A stretch of DNA of 54,958 bases, from positions 1-54,958 of the forward strand of contig CAYJHE010000001.1 in assembly GCA_964369675.1 (NCBI GenBank), given 5' to 3'. The position numbers and the translations under genes were made by a program. Of the stretch, positions 1 to 9,600 are shown piece by piece. The notes below the pieces were generated by a model. The model did no database searches. It was not told the origin of the DNA and saw only the letters and a list, made by a program, of their open reading frames with translations. Each line of letters begins with the position of its first letter. Position 1 is the first letter of the stretch. Source of the stretch: an uncultured Desulfovibrionaceae bacterium (GTDB lineage Bacteria > Desulfobacterota > Desulfovibrionia > Desulfovibrionales > Desulfovibrionaceae).

Positions 1-728
1 TATTCATCAATTCAATATACGACAGAATAAGCATGCAAGACCAGCTTATAAATCAACAACTCCCACTTTTCTCAAAAGAAATTGCCCTTGAAGGCGAAGA
101 TAAGGTAATGGCAGTTATAGAAGCAAATGCGCAAGTAACTGAAAATGCAAACAATATGCGTTCTGCAATGAAGGAATTACATAATCAAACAATAGGCATC
201 AGTAATATTGTTGATACCATTTCAGATATTGCAGATCAAACAAACCTTCTTGCTTTGAATGCCGCTATTGAAGCAGCAAGAGCAGGCGAGAGCAGAAGAG
301 GCTTTGCTGTTGTTGCGGACGAAGTGCGCAAACTTGCAGAAAAAACAATGCTTGCAACAAAAGATGTAGGCGTAGCTATCACGCAAGTGCAAAGTGCTTC
401 GTCAAACAATGAAACAAATATGGAGAAAACCTATTCTTCTGTGAATAAAGCAACAGAACTTGCAAATGAGGCAGGAGAAGCACTTAAGTCTATTGTTTCC
501 TTAACAAAAGAAAATGCAGTGCAAGTTCGCAGTATTGCAGAATCTGTTTCTGGCTTATCAGGAGATAGCACAAACATCTCAGAATCAATCAAATCAGCCG
601 CACAAATCACTGAACAAACTGCTGATGGAATAAAAAGCTCTTCACAAATCTCAGAAAACTTGATTAATCAGGCTAAAAAGCTTGATGATGTAATAATAAG
701 CTTACAAAAAACTTCTGACTTACAATAG
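1..728 (+). CDS. methyl-accepting chemotaxis protein, C-terminal part (5' end lies outside the window)
   Basis: The frame is open from the window edge, with no stop upstream of the Met at 33. It carries the canonical MCP signalling-hairpin motif [33 protein letters not shown]. Confidence 0.9.
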   Translation, partial: FINSIYDRISMQDQLINQQLPLFSKEIALEGEDKVMAVIEANAQVTENANNMRSAMKELHNQTIGISNIVDTISDIADQTNLLALNAAIEAARAGESRRGFAVVADEVRKLAEKTMLATKDVGVAITQVQSASSNNETNMEKTYSSVNKATELANEAGEALKSIVSLTKENAVQVRSIAESVSGLSGDSTNISESIKSAAQITEQTADGIKSSSQISENLINQAKKLDDVIISLQKTSDLQ

Positions 729-750
729 GTGAATTATACATATTTTTCTG

Positions 751-792
751 AATCCTTGAACTTGTGAATAACAGGCTCAAGGATTTTTTATA
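751..792 (+). terminator. intrinsic terminator after the MCP gene
   Basis: Stem AATCCTTGA / TCAAGGATT is followed by TTTTTT, about 25 nt after the stop codon. Confidence 0.7.
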
Positions 793-1142
793 ATTAGAGC
801 ACTTTTCACTAAAATCGAGACTAAAAAAGTCCATATTTGCCCCTAAGTTTTATTTGATTTTTTTAGAATAGTTATATAGGCTTGTTATACTCCTACCCTA
901 AAAATAATCCAAAGTCTGGCTTAGTGAAAAATCTGAAATTTTTTATTGTCTCAATTTTATTAAAAAACACTCTAAAATTTATTGAACTTTAAAGCATTAT
1001 GCATTAATCTAGTTTAATCATAGATAAACTTTATTTTATAAATCTAACATTACTTATTTCAGGAGGAAATTGGCAAGAAATTAATTTGTTTTTCTAAAAA
1101 TAAGGCAATGCCACATAAACCAATTAACTAGTTGAGGATTTT

Positions 1143-3755
1143 ATGGAACTTATAAACAGAGTAGAGAAAGTGCGCAAAGCTCAAGAAAAATTTGCAAGCT
1201 TTACACAGGAACAAGTTGATTTTATTTTCAAAGAGGCAGCTTTAGCGGCAAGTAATGCACGAATTAAGCTTGCAAAATTAGCACACGAAGAAACTGGTAT
1301 GGGAATTGTTGAAGATAAGGTGATTAAAAATCACTTTGCTTCTGAATATATTTATAATTCCTATAAAGATGAAAAAACCTGCGGTGTTATTGAAGTTGAT
1401 GAAGTTTTTGGCATACAAAAAATCGCAGAACCTATTGGTGTTATTGCCGCAGTTATTCCCACCACAAATCCAACATCAACAGCCATTTTTAAAGCTCTTA
1501 TAGCATTAAAAACAAGAAATGGCATTATTTTTTCTCCGCACCCAAAAGCAAAAAAATGCACAATTGAGGCTGCAAAAATTATTTTAGAAGCTGCCATAGA
1601 AGCTGGTGCACCAAAAGATATTATTTCATGGATAGATGAACCATCAAGTGCAGCTTCTGCCGAGCTTATGAGTGAAGCAGACCTTATTTTAGCAACAGGC
1701 GGCCCTGGTATGGTGAAAGCAGCTTATTCATCAGGAACACCTGCAATAGGTGTAGGAGCTGGTAATACGCCTGCAATTATTGACGATTCTGCTGATGTAA
1801 AAATGGCAGTAAGCTCTATTTTATTATCAAAGACTTTTGACAATGGAGTTATTTGTGCCTCTGAACAGTCTATAATTGCCCTTCCCTCTGTATATAATGA
1901 AGTATGTGCTGGTTTTATAGCACGAAATGCCTATATTCTAAAGGGCGAAGAACTTGAAAAAGTGCGTCAGATTATATTAAAAAATGCTTCTATTAATCCT
2001 GCAATTGTAGGGCAAAGTGCGTACAATATTGCAAAAATGGCAGGAGTTGATGTTCCTCCTCTTACACCTGTTCTTCTTGGTGAAGTTGAATCTGTAGAAC
2101 CTGAAGAACCTTTTTCTCATGAAAAGCTTTCCCCTCTTTTAGCTTTGTATAAAGCAAAAGACTTTAAAGATGCCCTAAAAAAAGCTGAAAGATTGATTGA
2201 ACATGGCGGTATGGGGCACACTTCTGTTCTTTATGCTGATGAAAATTTAGCAAAAGAGCATATAAATACCTTTGCTTCACGCATGAAAACAGGACGTATA
2301 CTCATTAATATGCCTTCCTCGCAAGGAGCTATAGGTGATATCTTCAATTTCAAACTTCTCCCCTCTCTCACACTTGGTTGCGGCTCGTGGGGCGGAAACG
2401 CGGTTTCTGAAAATGTTGGCGTAAAGCAGTTGATTAATGTAAAAACTGTAGCTCTAAGGAGAGAAAACATGCTTTGGTTCAGAGTTCCTGAAAAAGTATA
2501 CTTTAAGGCAGGTTCCTTGCCAATTGCCCTTGAAGAATTAAGGGAAAACAAGAAAATCTTCCTTGTTACTGATGAAACTTTAGCAAATTTACGCTTTACA
2601 AGTCATGTTACCGATGTTTTGGAAAGAATGCATCTTGACTTTAGAATTTATGCTGATGTTCAAGCTGATCCTACGCTTTCAAGTGTTCGAAAAGGCGCAG
2701 AAGCTATGCGCGAGTATGGGCCTGATATTATTATTGCTCTAGGTGGTGGTTCAGCCATGGATGCAGCAAAAATTATGTGGGTATTATATGAACATCCAAA
2801 TGCAGATTTTAAAGATTTGGCTATAACATTCATGGATATACGCAAAAGAATTGTCTCATTTCCAAAACTTGGAAAAAAAGCAAAGTTTTGGGCTATTGCC
2901 ACAACAGCAGGAACTGGTTCTGAGGTGACCCCTTTTGCTGTCATTACAGATGATGCAACTGGTATTAAATATCCATTGGCAGATTATGAACTTACACCTA
3001 ATGTGGCTATTGTTGATACACAGCTTATGCTTACAATGCCAAGAAGCCTTGCTGTTGCCTCAGGAATTGACGCTATTACCCATTCAGTAGAGGCATTAGC
3101 TTCTATTATGGCATCAGAATTTACCAATGGTATGGCTTTAGAATCATTAAGTCTTTGCTTTAGGTTCTTACCTCAATCCTTAGAAGAAGGCCCTGAAGCC
3201 TTTGAAGCAAAAGAAAAAATGGCACATGCTTCTTGCATGGCAGGCATGGCCTTTGCAAACGCTTTTCTAGGAATATGTCATTCAATGGCGCATAAATTAG
3301 GGGCTTTTTTCCACATTCCTCACGGCATAGCAAATGCCCTATTACTTGATGAAGTTATTCGCTTTAATGCAAGTGACAGACCTGTGAAAATGGCTGGTTT
3401 TTCTCAATATAAATACCCTGATGCAAAGAAAAGATATGCACGTTTAGCAGACCATCTTAATCTTTGTAAAGGTGACGAAACAAATGATGAAAAAGCAAAA
3501 CTATTTCGTAAGGCTTTCCGCGAATTGAGAGCTGAAATAGGAATTAAACCAACAATAGCAGATTATAATGTCAATGAAGCTGAATTTTTAGCAAAGCTTG
3601 ACACAATGGTTGAAGAAGCATTTAATGATCAATGCACTGGTGCTAACCCACGTTACCCATTGTTTGAAGACATTAAAACCATGTATCTTCGTGCCTATTA
3701 TGGGCCTGAAAAATATATTAAGATGCAAGAATTGGAAGCTAAGAAAAAGAAATGA
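1143..3755 (+). CDS. adhE: bifunctional acetaldehyde-CoA / alcohol dehydrogenase
   Basis: 870 aa. The N-terminal half is an aldehyde dehydrogenase domain and the C-terminal half is an iron-type alcohol dehydrogenase (GGGSAMDAAK, HSMAHKLG). The length and two-domain order are typical of AdhE. The gene ends in TGA. Confidence 0.93.
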   Translation: MELINRVEKVRKAQEKFASFTQEQVDFIFKEAALAASNARIKLAKLAHEETGMGIVEDKVIKNHFASEYIYNSYKDEKTCGVIEVDEVFGIQKIAEPIGVIAAVIPTTNPTSTAIFKALIALKTRNGIIFSPHPKAKKCTIEAAKIILEAAIEAGAPKDIISWIDEPSSAASAELMSEADLILATGGPGMVKAAYSSGTPAIGVGAGNTPAIIDDSADVKMAVSSILLSKTFDNGVICASEQSIIALPSVYNEVCAGFIARNAYILKGEELEKVRQIILKNASINPAIVGQSAYNIAKMAGVDVPPLTPVLLGEVESVEPEEPFSHEKLSPLLALYKAKDFKDALKKAERLIEHGGMGHTSVLYADENLAKEHINTFASRMKTGRILINMPSSQGAIGDIFNFKLLPSLTLGCGSWGGNAVSENVGVKQLINVKTVALRRENMLWFRVPEKVYFKAGSLPIALEELRENKKIFLVTDETLANLRFTSHVTDVLERMHLDFRIYADVQADPTLSSVRKGAEAMREYGPDIIIALGGGSAMDAAKIMWVLYEHPNADFKDLAITFMDIRKRIVSFPKLGKKAKFWAIATTAGTGSEVTPFAVITDDATGIKYPLADYELTPNVAIVDTQLMLTMPRSLAVASGIDAITHSVEALASIMASEFTNGMALESLSLCFRFLPQSLEEGPEAFEAKEKMAHASCMAGMAFANAFLGICHSMAHKLGAFFHIPHGIANALLLDEVIRFNASDRPVKMAGFSQYKYPDAKKRYARLADHLNLCKGDETNDEKAKLFRKAFRELRAEIGIKPTIADYNVNEAEFLAKLDTMVEEAFNDQCTGANPRYPLFEDIKTMYLRAYYGPEKYIKMQELEAKKKK

Positions 3756-3865
3756 TAATATACTAGAATGTGTTCCCAAAAGGCGTATTACTTTTTCTAA
3801 AGGATGTGAACCTTTTCAAATTAAAAGTGTAAGCTCTTTAGGAAAAATCAAAAGAAGATGATGAT

Positions 3866-3919
3866 AAGGCTAGCTCTTTTATCAAAACTTTATTTGTTTT
3901 TGATGATTGAGCTAGCCTT
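3866..3919. terminator. inverted repeat between convergent genes (possible bidirectional terminator)
   Basis: Perfect 11-bp arms AAGGCTAGCTC / GAGCTAGCCTT with a 32-nt loop, followed by a T-rich tract. It is nested inside a second 9-bp inverted repeat, GTGTAAGCT / AGCTTACAC. Confidence 0.3.
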
Positions 3920-4117
3920 TATTAAATTTTTCTTTATAGCTTACACAATTGTCATGCGACCTTCTTCTAGTCTCACTCATCGCTTATCTGCATATTTTCG
4001 TTTTTCTATAGATACAAGAATCTCCCGTACTTGGCTTATAGCACAGGAGATTCAAAAATTCAATTTACAGACTTTATGTCACAAACTCAGTCTACTTAAT
4101 AAAAAATATTCCTTGGA

Positions 4118-4978
4118 TTAATCTTTTTTTATGTCTATTTTGAATAAGTATTCTCGCGCTGCGGAACGATATTTGAATAAATCTTGCTGTTCTGGTTCAG
4201 AAAGTTTTTTGTCTAACTGCATAGCAAGCAATTCTTCTCCTTTACATACAGAAATTTTAATCTCTAATTGTTTATCAGAAGCTGCATCTGCTATAAATTT
4301 TGCAGCATCACCCATTTCTTCTTTTGTTATGTAACGATAGCAATCACCCTCATAAAGAGGAATGATTTGAAGCTTTATTTCAGAATGGGAAAACTTTTTT
4401 GCAATTTCAATAGTTTTTGCAACACTTTCTGCTTCTAAAGGATTATTTTCAATTCCCATAGATTTGTTTAAAATATCATAAGTTTCAGGTTTGCCATAGA
4501 AATTTACTTCAAGTTTTTTAACAATTCCTTTATCAATAAGTTTTTGCACAAGTTCTGGCTTTCTGCCATCACTACGCAAACATACAGATAGTCCACCCTT
4601 TGCAAGAGTTTCTGTTAAGATAAGAAAATTATCCTCTTCTTCTTTTGGGCAAAGTGAGGGATAAAGCCCTGAAACCCACCCATGTAAGAGATCTGATTGC
4701 TTTACAGATAACGAAAGTGCGCCCTTAGACAATAAATATGCAATAATTTCCCCTGAACCTTGCTTGATGACTTCACCATCTGTATATATAGGAAATTCGA
4801 CCCCCTCAGGGTTTCTATAGATTGACGGACGATTTGCTCTATAGAAGGCATTAAATTCTTCTTTATCAAGTTGAAAATCTATTTCTTTCACAGCCTGATT
4901 ATTTTCTTTCAAAAAGCCTTTTACAATTTTACAACGCATACAATTTGGTGCAGTGTATAGATAATGTTGTGTTTCCAT
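4118..4978 (-). CDS. glutaredoxin-like (CxxC) N-terminal domain fused to an uncharacterised ~200-aa C-terminal domain
   Basis: The ORF-track start (GTG at 5008) lies inside a hairpin. The ATG at 4978 has the SD GGAGA 6 nt upstream. The N-terminus METQHYLYTAPNCMRCKIVKGFL is a Grx/NrdH-type CxxC fold. I do not recognise the C-terminal part. Confidence 0.55.
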   Translation of the reverse strand: METQHYLYTAPNCMRCKIVKGFLKENNQAVKEIDFQLDKEEFNAFYRANRPSIYRNPEGVEFPIYTDGEVIKQGSGEIIAYLLSKGALSLSVKQSDLLHGWVSGLYPSLCPKEEEDNFLILTETLAKGGLSVCLRSDGRKPELVQKLIDKGIVKKLEVNFYGKPETYDILNKSMGIENNPLEAESVAKTIEIAKKFSHSEIKLQIIPLYEGDCYRYITKEEMGDAAKFIADAASDKQLEIKISVCKGEELLAMQLDKKLSEPEQQDLFKYRSAAREYLFKIDIKKD

Positions 4979-4999
4979 TTTTTCTCCAATGAAGACCAT

Positions 5000-5031
5000 A
5001 TTGTACACTCACATAGATGCGAGTGTACAAT
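5000..5031. promoter_or_regulatory. perfect 11-bp stem-loop between the sulfotransferase-like gene and the Grx-fusion gene
   Basis: ATTGTACACTC-(10 nt)-GAGTGTACAAT. The T-run lies only on the + strand side, so it is not a classical terminator for the minus-strand operon. Confidence 0.5.
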
Positions 5032-5044
5032 TTTTGTTTTTAAA

Positions 5045-6481
5045 TTAGTCTATATCAGAAGCAACACACATAGTAGATAATCCAAAATATCCAGTTGTGC
5101 CTTCAACAGTAGTGACTTGCCTTACACCACAAGGAGCAGCTCCAGGAAGTCTAAAGTTCATCTTGTCAATTGGTTCAATTTTAATTTCTTCTGTATGTTC
5201 TACTTGTGGAACCCATTCATAAGGAACACGATATGCACGATAAACCATATTCATATTCATTCTTTCGTTTACATAAGGGCAAATAAATTCCCACACAAGT
5301 TCATGTTCTGCAGTCACTTCAAAAACTCTTCCATTAGAGCCTTCAATAATCATAGTATTACCGTTTGGTAATCTTTGCATGCCGCTTATGAAGCCACTAT
5401 AGAAGCGCTGTGCATCAAGAGGAATAGTATGACCAGCTTCTTTTGGTGTGTATTGCCATAGAATTTGATAGTTTGTTGGATCTATTTCAAGAACACGAGA
5501 ATAATCTCTCAAAGCTGCGTATCTACCCGTTGGAGAACCTGGATTTGGAACATCATAACCAGCCCAGCCACCATTATCAAATATAAGAATGTTTCCTGCA
5601 CCAGGTAAGCCTTTTGGTATCATATGTACATGATGCTGCCCGATAATCCAGCCTAAGTGCTGAAGTTCCGGAGTATTGTAATCAGGACCAAGTTTCCAGA
5701 CTATCTTTCCAGTTTTTTTACAGATAATGCCTGAAAAATTTATCATGCGGCAGTCGAAAATAATATTATCAGGGTGAAATCTTTCATCGCCTGCATCGTA
5801 CCATTTATTTGGACCAAGAGCAGACATCGAGTTTACATGTGCCCAGTCAAAAGCAGGAAGCATTTCTCCTTCTAAACTTTTGTGATTTACGCTTGCAAAT
5901 ATGGTGTTTTTAGAAGCTTGGCTAAAGCCTATTTCATCAAAGTGTTCATTTAAGCTCCATTCCCAAATTATATCACCTTCCCATGTTACTTCTATAATAA
6001 CGTCATCAAGAAGCTCTTTAGGTGAGATTTCTTCATTATATACATTTTTATGTGCAAGTATAAGAGTGTTTCCCTTATCAACCATAGGCTCCATATTAGG
6101 GACATAATAGCCAACTGGATTTCCTTCACGTTGATAATCATGGTGTTGACGTGCCATCCACTGCGCTTCTTCACCTGGATCTTCTATATACTCAAGTTTG
6201 TTATATTTCCAAACAACATTTCCGTCCCAGTCGAGTTGTACCAAATCTGTCTGATCTTGATGCCCATATTTTGGATTTCTTTCGCCCAAGTTTCCAATGA
6301 TATAACCACCAGGCAGAATTTTGTTTGGAAAGCCATGTAAATCTTTCCAAAGCTTATGTTCTGTACCGTTCATGTCTATGAGCATAGCACCCATCTTTGG
6401 TGCTTGGTATATTGTTAATCCATTCCAGCATTTTTCTGGCTTGTAAATGGTAACACCTGTTGGATAAATAGTTACTGCCAT
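5045..6481 (-). CDS. aryl-sulfate sulfotransferase (ASST)-family protein, no signal peptide
   Basis: 478 aa. The overall pattern and His-containing motifs (HHDYQREGNP, DWAHVNS, GQHHVHMIP) resemble the PAPS-independent arylsulfotransferase beta-propeller family. The N-terminus MAVTIYPTGVTIY has no hydrophobic leader. Confidence 0.55.
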   Translation of the reverse strand: MAVTIYPTGVTIYKPEKCWNGLTIYQAPKMGAMLIDMNGTEHKLWKDLHGFPNKILPGGYIIGNLGERNPKYGHQDQTDLVQLDWDGNVVWKYNKLEYIEDPGEEAQWMARQHHDYQREGNPVGYYVPNMEPMVDKGNTLILAHKNVYNEEISPKELLDDVIIEVTWEGDIIWEWSLNEHFDEIGFSQASKNTIFASVNHKSLEGEMLPAFDWAHVNSMSALGPNKWYDAGDERFHPDNIIFDCRMINFSGIICKKTGKIVWKLGPDYNTPELQHLGWIIGQHHVHMIPKGLPGAGNILIFDNGGWAGYDVPNPGSPTGRYAALRDYSRVLEIDPTNYQILWQYTPKEAGHTIPLDAQRFYSGFISGMQRLPNGNTMIIEGSNGRVFEVTAEHELVWEFICPYVNERMNMNMVYRAYRVPYEWVPQVEHTEEIKIEPIDKMNFRLPGAAPCGVRQVTTVEGTTGYFGLSTMCVASDID

Positions 6482-6623
6482 TTTTTTCTCCTTTAGATTG
6501 TAATAATGTTAAAAATTGCTTTATATTAATTAAAACTATGATTATTATAATTTAAAACATAGTTAATAAGCACTATTGGCATGTTAATGTTCAAGTATTT
6601 GCAGTAATTTTTACTGCAAATAC

Positions 6624-7304
6624 TTATACAAACTGTACAAAGATAGGCACCATGATAAGAGCTGGTAGTAGGTTTGCTAAACGAATTTGAACTATTTCTA
6701 ATAAATTCAATGCTATTCCTATTACTAATGCTCCGCCTACAGCCGTTAATTCATTGAGCATAATATCATTCATATAAGGTTGTAATAGTTCAGCAAAAAC
6801 AACAAAAAAACCTTGATAGAAGAAAACAATAATTCCTGAAAAGACAACGCCAAGACCATAAACTGACGCTATTGCCAATGCAGAAAAGACATCAAGAATT
6901 GATTTAGATAAAGCAATAGAATAATCTCCTCGTAAACCTTCATCAAAAGCAGCAAGAATACCCATTGCACCTATGCAAAAAAGTAAAGAAGCATTAACAA
7001 AGCCTTCTGTAAAATGTGGGTTTTTAGATTTTATTTTATTTTTTATAAAATCGCCAAAAGCATTTATTTTGTCATCAATTTTTAAAATTTCTCCAATTAT
7101 GCCGCCAACAACTAATGAAAAAATAAGTAAAATAGGCTGGTTTGTTTTTAGAGCCATTTGCAAGGCAATAACCAATGTTGAAAGTGCAAGACATTGGAAA
7201 ACCGTTTTTCTTAAATTATCAGATAAGCGTGAACCTATCATCATTCCTGCTGCTGCACCTACAAAAATTGCAATAGCGTTAATACTTGGCCCTATAGGGA
7301 ACAT
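6624..7304 (-). CDS. DUF554 / YqgA-family membrane protein
   Basis: Collinear resemblance to E. coli YqgA (MxIGPxINAxA..., central GxxGIxxAxxEGxxGD, AVGGxLxxxxxLxL). The ATG at 7304 is preceded by GGAGG. The track start at 7316 is a TTG inside the SD. Confidence 0.8.
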   Translation of the reverse strand: MFPIGPSINAIAIFVGAAAGMMIGSRLSDNLRKTVFQCLALSTLVIALQMALKTNQPILLIFSLVVGGIIGEILKIDDKINAFGDFIKNKIKSKNPHFTEGFVNASLLFCIGAMGILAAFDEGLRGDYSIALSKSILDVFSALAIASVYGLGVVFSGIIVFFYQGFFVVFAELLQPYMNDIMLNELTAVGGALVIGIALNLLEIVQIRLANLLPALIMVPIFVQFV

Positions 7305-7365
7305 ATAAGCCTCCAAATTTTCAAAATTTTAACTCTAATTTTACCAGACACTAAGCTTCAATAAG

Positions 7366-8862
7366 CTACAACAAAACTTCTTCTTTTTTCTTTGAAGGTT
7401 TAAGTCTAAAGTATAGTAATAAAATACAAACTATAGCAATGCCAATAGTAATTGGTCTTTCAAGAAAGAAGCCAAGCTCACCATGAGAAACAATTAGCGC
7501 CTCTCTTAATCGTATTTCTACAATAGGTCCAAGCACAATGCCCATAACTAAATTTATTATAGGCCAGCCAGCTTTCAAAGAATAATAGCCTATAACTCCA
7601 AATACTAAGGCAACAATTATTTCAAACATGCTTGAATTCATGCTGTAAATTCCAACAAGAGAAAGAATAGACACAACTATTGCTAAAATCCTATTAGGTA
7701 CCTTTACAATTTGCGCAAAGGGTCTTAGGCAGAAAATAAGTAATATTATACTTATCACATTAATTAAGAATAAAGAAATATATAAAGTATTTATAAGAAC
7801 AGGCTCTTTAATTAGAAGTAAAGGTCCAGGGAATATGCCATTTACAGTAAAAACTGTTAATAAAAGCGCACTTGTGCCGTCTCCTGGAATTCCAAGGGTT
7901 AGCAAAGGTACCATTGTTCCAGCAGGAACTGCATTATTAGCCGCTTCAGAACCGATACAGCCCTCAATTTGACCTGTTCCAAATTTTTCAGGCTCTTTTG
8001 AAATTTTTCTTGCTGTTTCATAGCCTAAAAATGAAGCAAGAATTGCTCCGGTTCCTGGCAATAAACCTATAAATGTGCCTAAGACTCCAGAGCAAAGCAT
8101 TGTTTTCCAATACTTAAACATTTGAATAATCATACTTAAATCAAGTGAACTGCGTGATAGTTTTATATCATCTGTTGTAAGAATTTGTTTATCTACTAAA
8201 AGAAGTGCTTGTCCAATGCCAAATAAACCAAGGCATACTGCGCCAATGGGTAAACCGTTGAACAAGTCGAGGTTACCAAATGTATATCTTAGGGTATATG
8301 TTGCCTGATCAACTCCTATAGTTGATATCCATAAGCCAAAGCCCATAAGTATGATACTGTTGGTGATTTTTCTCTTATCTGAAAGTACAACGAGCAAGAT
8401 TCCAAATATTGTAGCGAAAAAATATTCTGATGGCCCAAATTCTAAAGCAAAGTATGCTAAAGCTGGGGCTAAAAATAGTAATAAAACAACACTGATGATA
8501 CCACCACCAAAAGAACCCATAATAACACCAGATAATGCTTTTTGCGATTCACCTTTTTGTGTGAGTGGAAAACCATCAAATGAAGTTACAAGAGAAGCGG
8601 GAACGCCTGGAGTGCGTATAAGAACAGCAGGAATACCACCACCAAAATAGCCGCCACAAAAAACCCCAAGCAAAAGTATTAATGCTGAAGAAGGTTCAAG
8701 AGCAAAGCTGATTGGAAGCAATATAACCATTCCAACCATAGGCCCTAAACCTGGTAGGATACCTACAATAATACCAACAAGCGTGCCTAGAAATAAAACT
8801 AACAGTGCTTCGGGCTGGAAGACCGCGTGCACGCCTAATAATAAATTGCCAACATCAAACAT
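7366..8862 (-). CDS. tctA: tripartite tricarboxylate transporter (TTT), large permease TctA
   Basis: 498-aa polytopic membrane protein with the TctA-type pattern (GxLPGLGP near the N-terminus, repeated in the second half as GLLPGTG). The SD AAGGTGA lies upstream. Confidence 0.85.
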   Translation of the reverse strand: MFDVGNLLLGVHAVFQPEALLVLFLGTLVGIIVGILPGLGPMVGMVILLPISFALEPSSALILLLGVFCGGYFGGGIPAVLIRTPGVPASLVTSFDGFPLTQKGESQKALSGVIMGSFGGGIISVVLLLFLAPALAYFALEFGPSEYFFATIFGILLVVLSDKRKITNSIILMGFGLWISTIGVDQATYTLRYTFGNLDLFNGLPIGAVCLGLFGIGQALLLVDKQILTTDDIKLSRSSLDLSMIIQMFKYWKTMLCSGVLGTFIGLLPGTGAILASFLGYETARKISKEPEKFGTGQIEGCIGSEAANNAVPAGTMVPLLTLGIPGDGTSALLLTVFTVNGIFPGPLLLIKEPVLINTLYISLFLINVISIILLIFCLRPFAQIVKVPNRILAIVVSILSLVGIYSMNSSMFEIIVALVFGVIGYYSLKAGWPIINLVMGIVLGPIVEIRLREALIVSHGELGFFLERPITIGIAIVCILLLYFRLKPSKKKEEVLL

Positions 8863-9022
8863 TTCATCACCTTATTTTATTCTAATTTATTTAGTAAAAG
8901 GTATACGCGAAACTTCGCATGCAAAGAATTAAACTTCTTGCTCAAATATCAAAAAATATTTCTTATTAACTTCTACTTACAATATAAATACTTATTTCTC
9001 AGACTAAAAAAATAGCTTGAAA

Positions 9023-9520
9023 TTATGTATTTCCCCAAAGAGTAAAAATTATGGCCTCAGGAAAAAATATATCAAGTAGGTATCTGAATATAAACCACAC
9101 TGCAAAAGTTATAATAAGTGAAATGGGGAGGGCATATTTCATGTAACCATAAATAGCAAGCGAAAATGTAAGCAATATAAAAACCGTGAGCTCAAAGCCA
9201 AGAAAGTAAAGACCTGGAATAAAAGCAATAAGTATTAAAAACAGAACAAAGCTTGAGCTTGGTACTGCAATAAAATCTATGACCTTATTTAATGAGAATG
9301 CATTATACCTAATAATACGATACATTGATGGCAGGCACGCTACAAGTGAAATAGATAAAGTTGTGAGGGGAAAAACTAATGGCCCAGAAATAAAATCTGC
9401 ATTTCCCTTTAACTGCACAATCCAAGGTGTGAACAAGATAACCGCGCTAAAAAACAAACCGAAAATGCAGGCGGCTAAGTCGTGTTCTTTTATCATGTCT
9501 TGTTTTTTTGCTTTTCTCAT
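9023..9520 (-). CDS. tctB: TTT small membrane subunit TctB
   Basis: A small, roughly 4-TM hydrophobic protein encoded between tctC and tctA. The call rests mainly on position and topology. Confidence 0.6.
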   Translation of the reverse strand: MRKAKKQDMIKEHDLAACIFGLFFSAVILFTPWIVQLKGNADFISGPLVFPLTTLSISLVACLPSMYRIIRYNAFSLNKVIDFIAVPSSSFVLFLILIAFIPGLYFLGFELTVFILLTFSLAIYGYMKYALPISLIITFAVWFIFRYLLDIFFPEAIIFTLWGNT

Positions 9521-9546
9521 ATCTGATTATATTCCTTATATACTAT

Positions 9547-9590
9547 CTATATCATGCTATGCCTTCTGCTTTAAACATAGCATGATATAG
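9547..9590 (-). promoter_or_regulatory. intercistronic stem-loop after tctC
   Basis: Perfect 15-bp arms CTATATCATGCTATG / CATAGCATGATATAG with a 14-nt loop, between the tctC stop (9601) and the tctB start (9520). Confidence 0.6.
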
Positions 9591-9600
9591 TAATTATTAT

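Noticed and set aside
1361-3779. ORF-track ORFs on the minus strand or in alternate frames inside adhE (1361-1597, 2231-2551, 2660-2944, 3588-3779). Similar shadow ORFs lie inside most other large genes (e.g. 4131-4334, 5117-6340, 6973-7308, 8351-8650, 9279-9590, 11284-11903, 12864-13052, 14441-14779, 16505-16687, 17367-17935, 18338-18550, 21809-23204, 23962-24761, 25499-25726, 28017-28256, 29407-29652, 31023-32119, 32475-32714, 33218-33403, 35738-35971, 36426-36841, 38547-38804, 40693-41233, 42735-43273, 44161-44765, 49860-50072, 51262-51627, 52151-52354, 53683-53892).
   Set aside because: Each lies wholly inside a longer ORF with strong family motifs. Their products are low-complexity or compositionally odd, and none has a convincing SD. 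They are typical frame-shadow ORFs of AT-rich DNA.
3598-4121. Two + strand ORFs (3598-3861 and 3858-4121) in the adhE downstream gap.
   Set aside because: There is no SD, and the first overlaps the adhE 3' end. The sequences are hydrophobic or low-complexity with no recognisable motif, and the region is occupied by nested inverted repeats.
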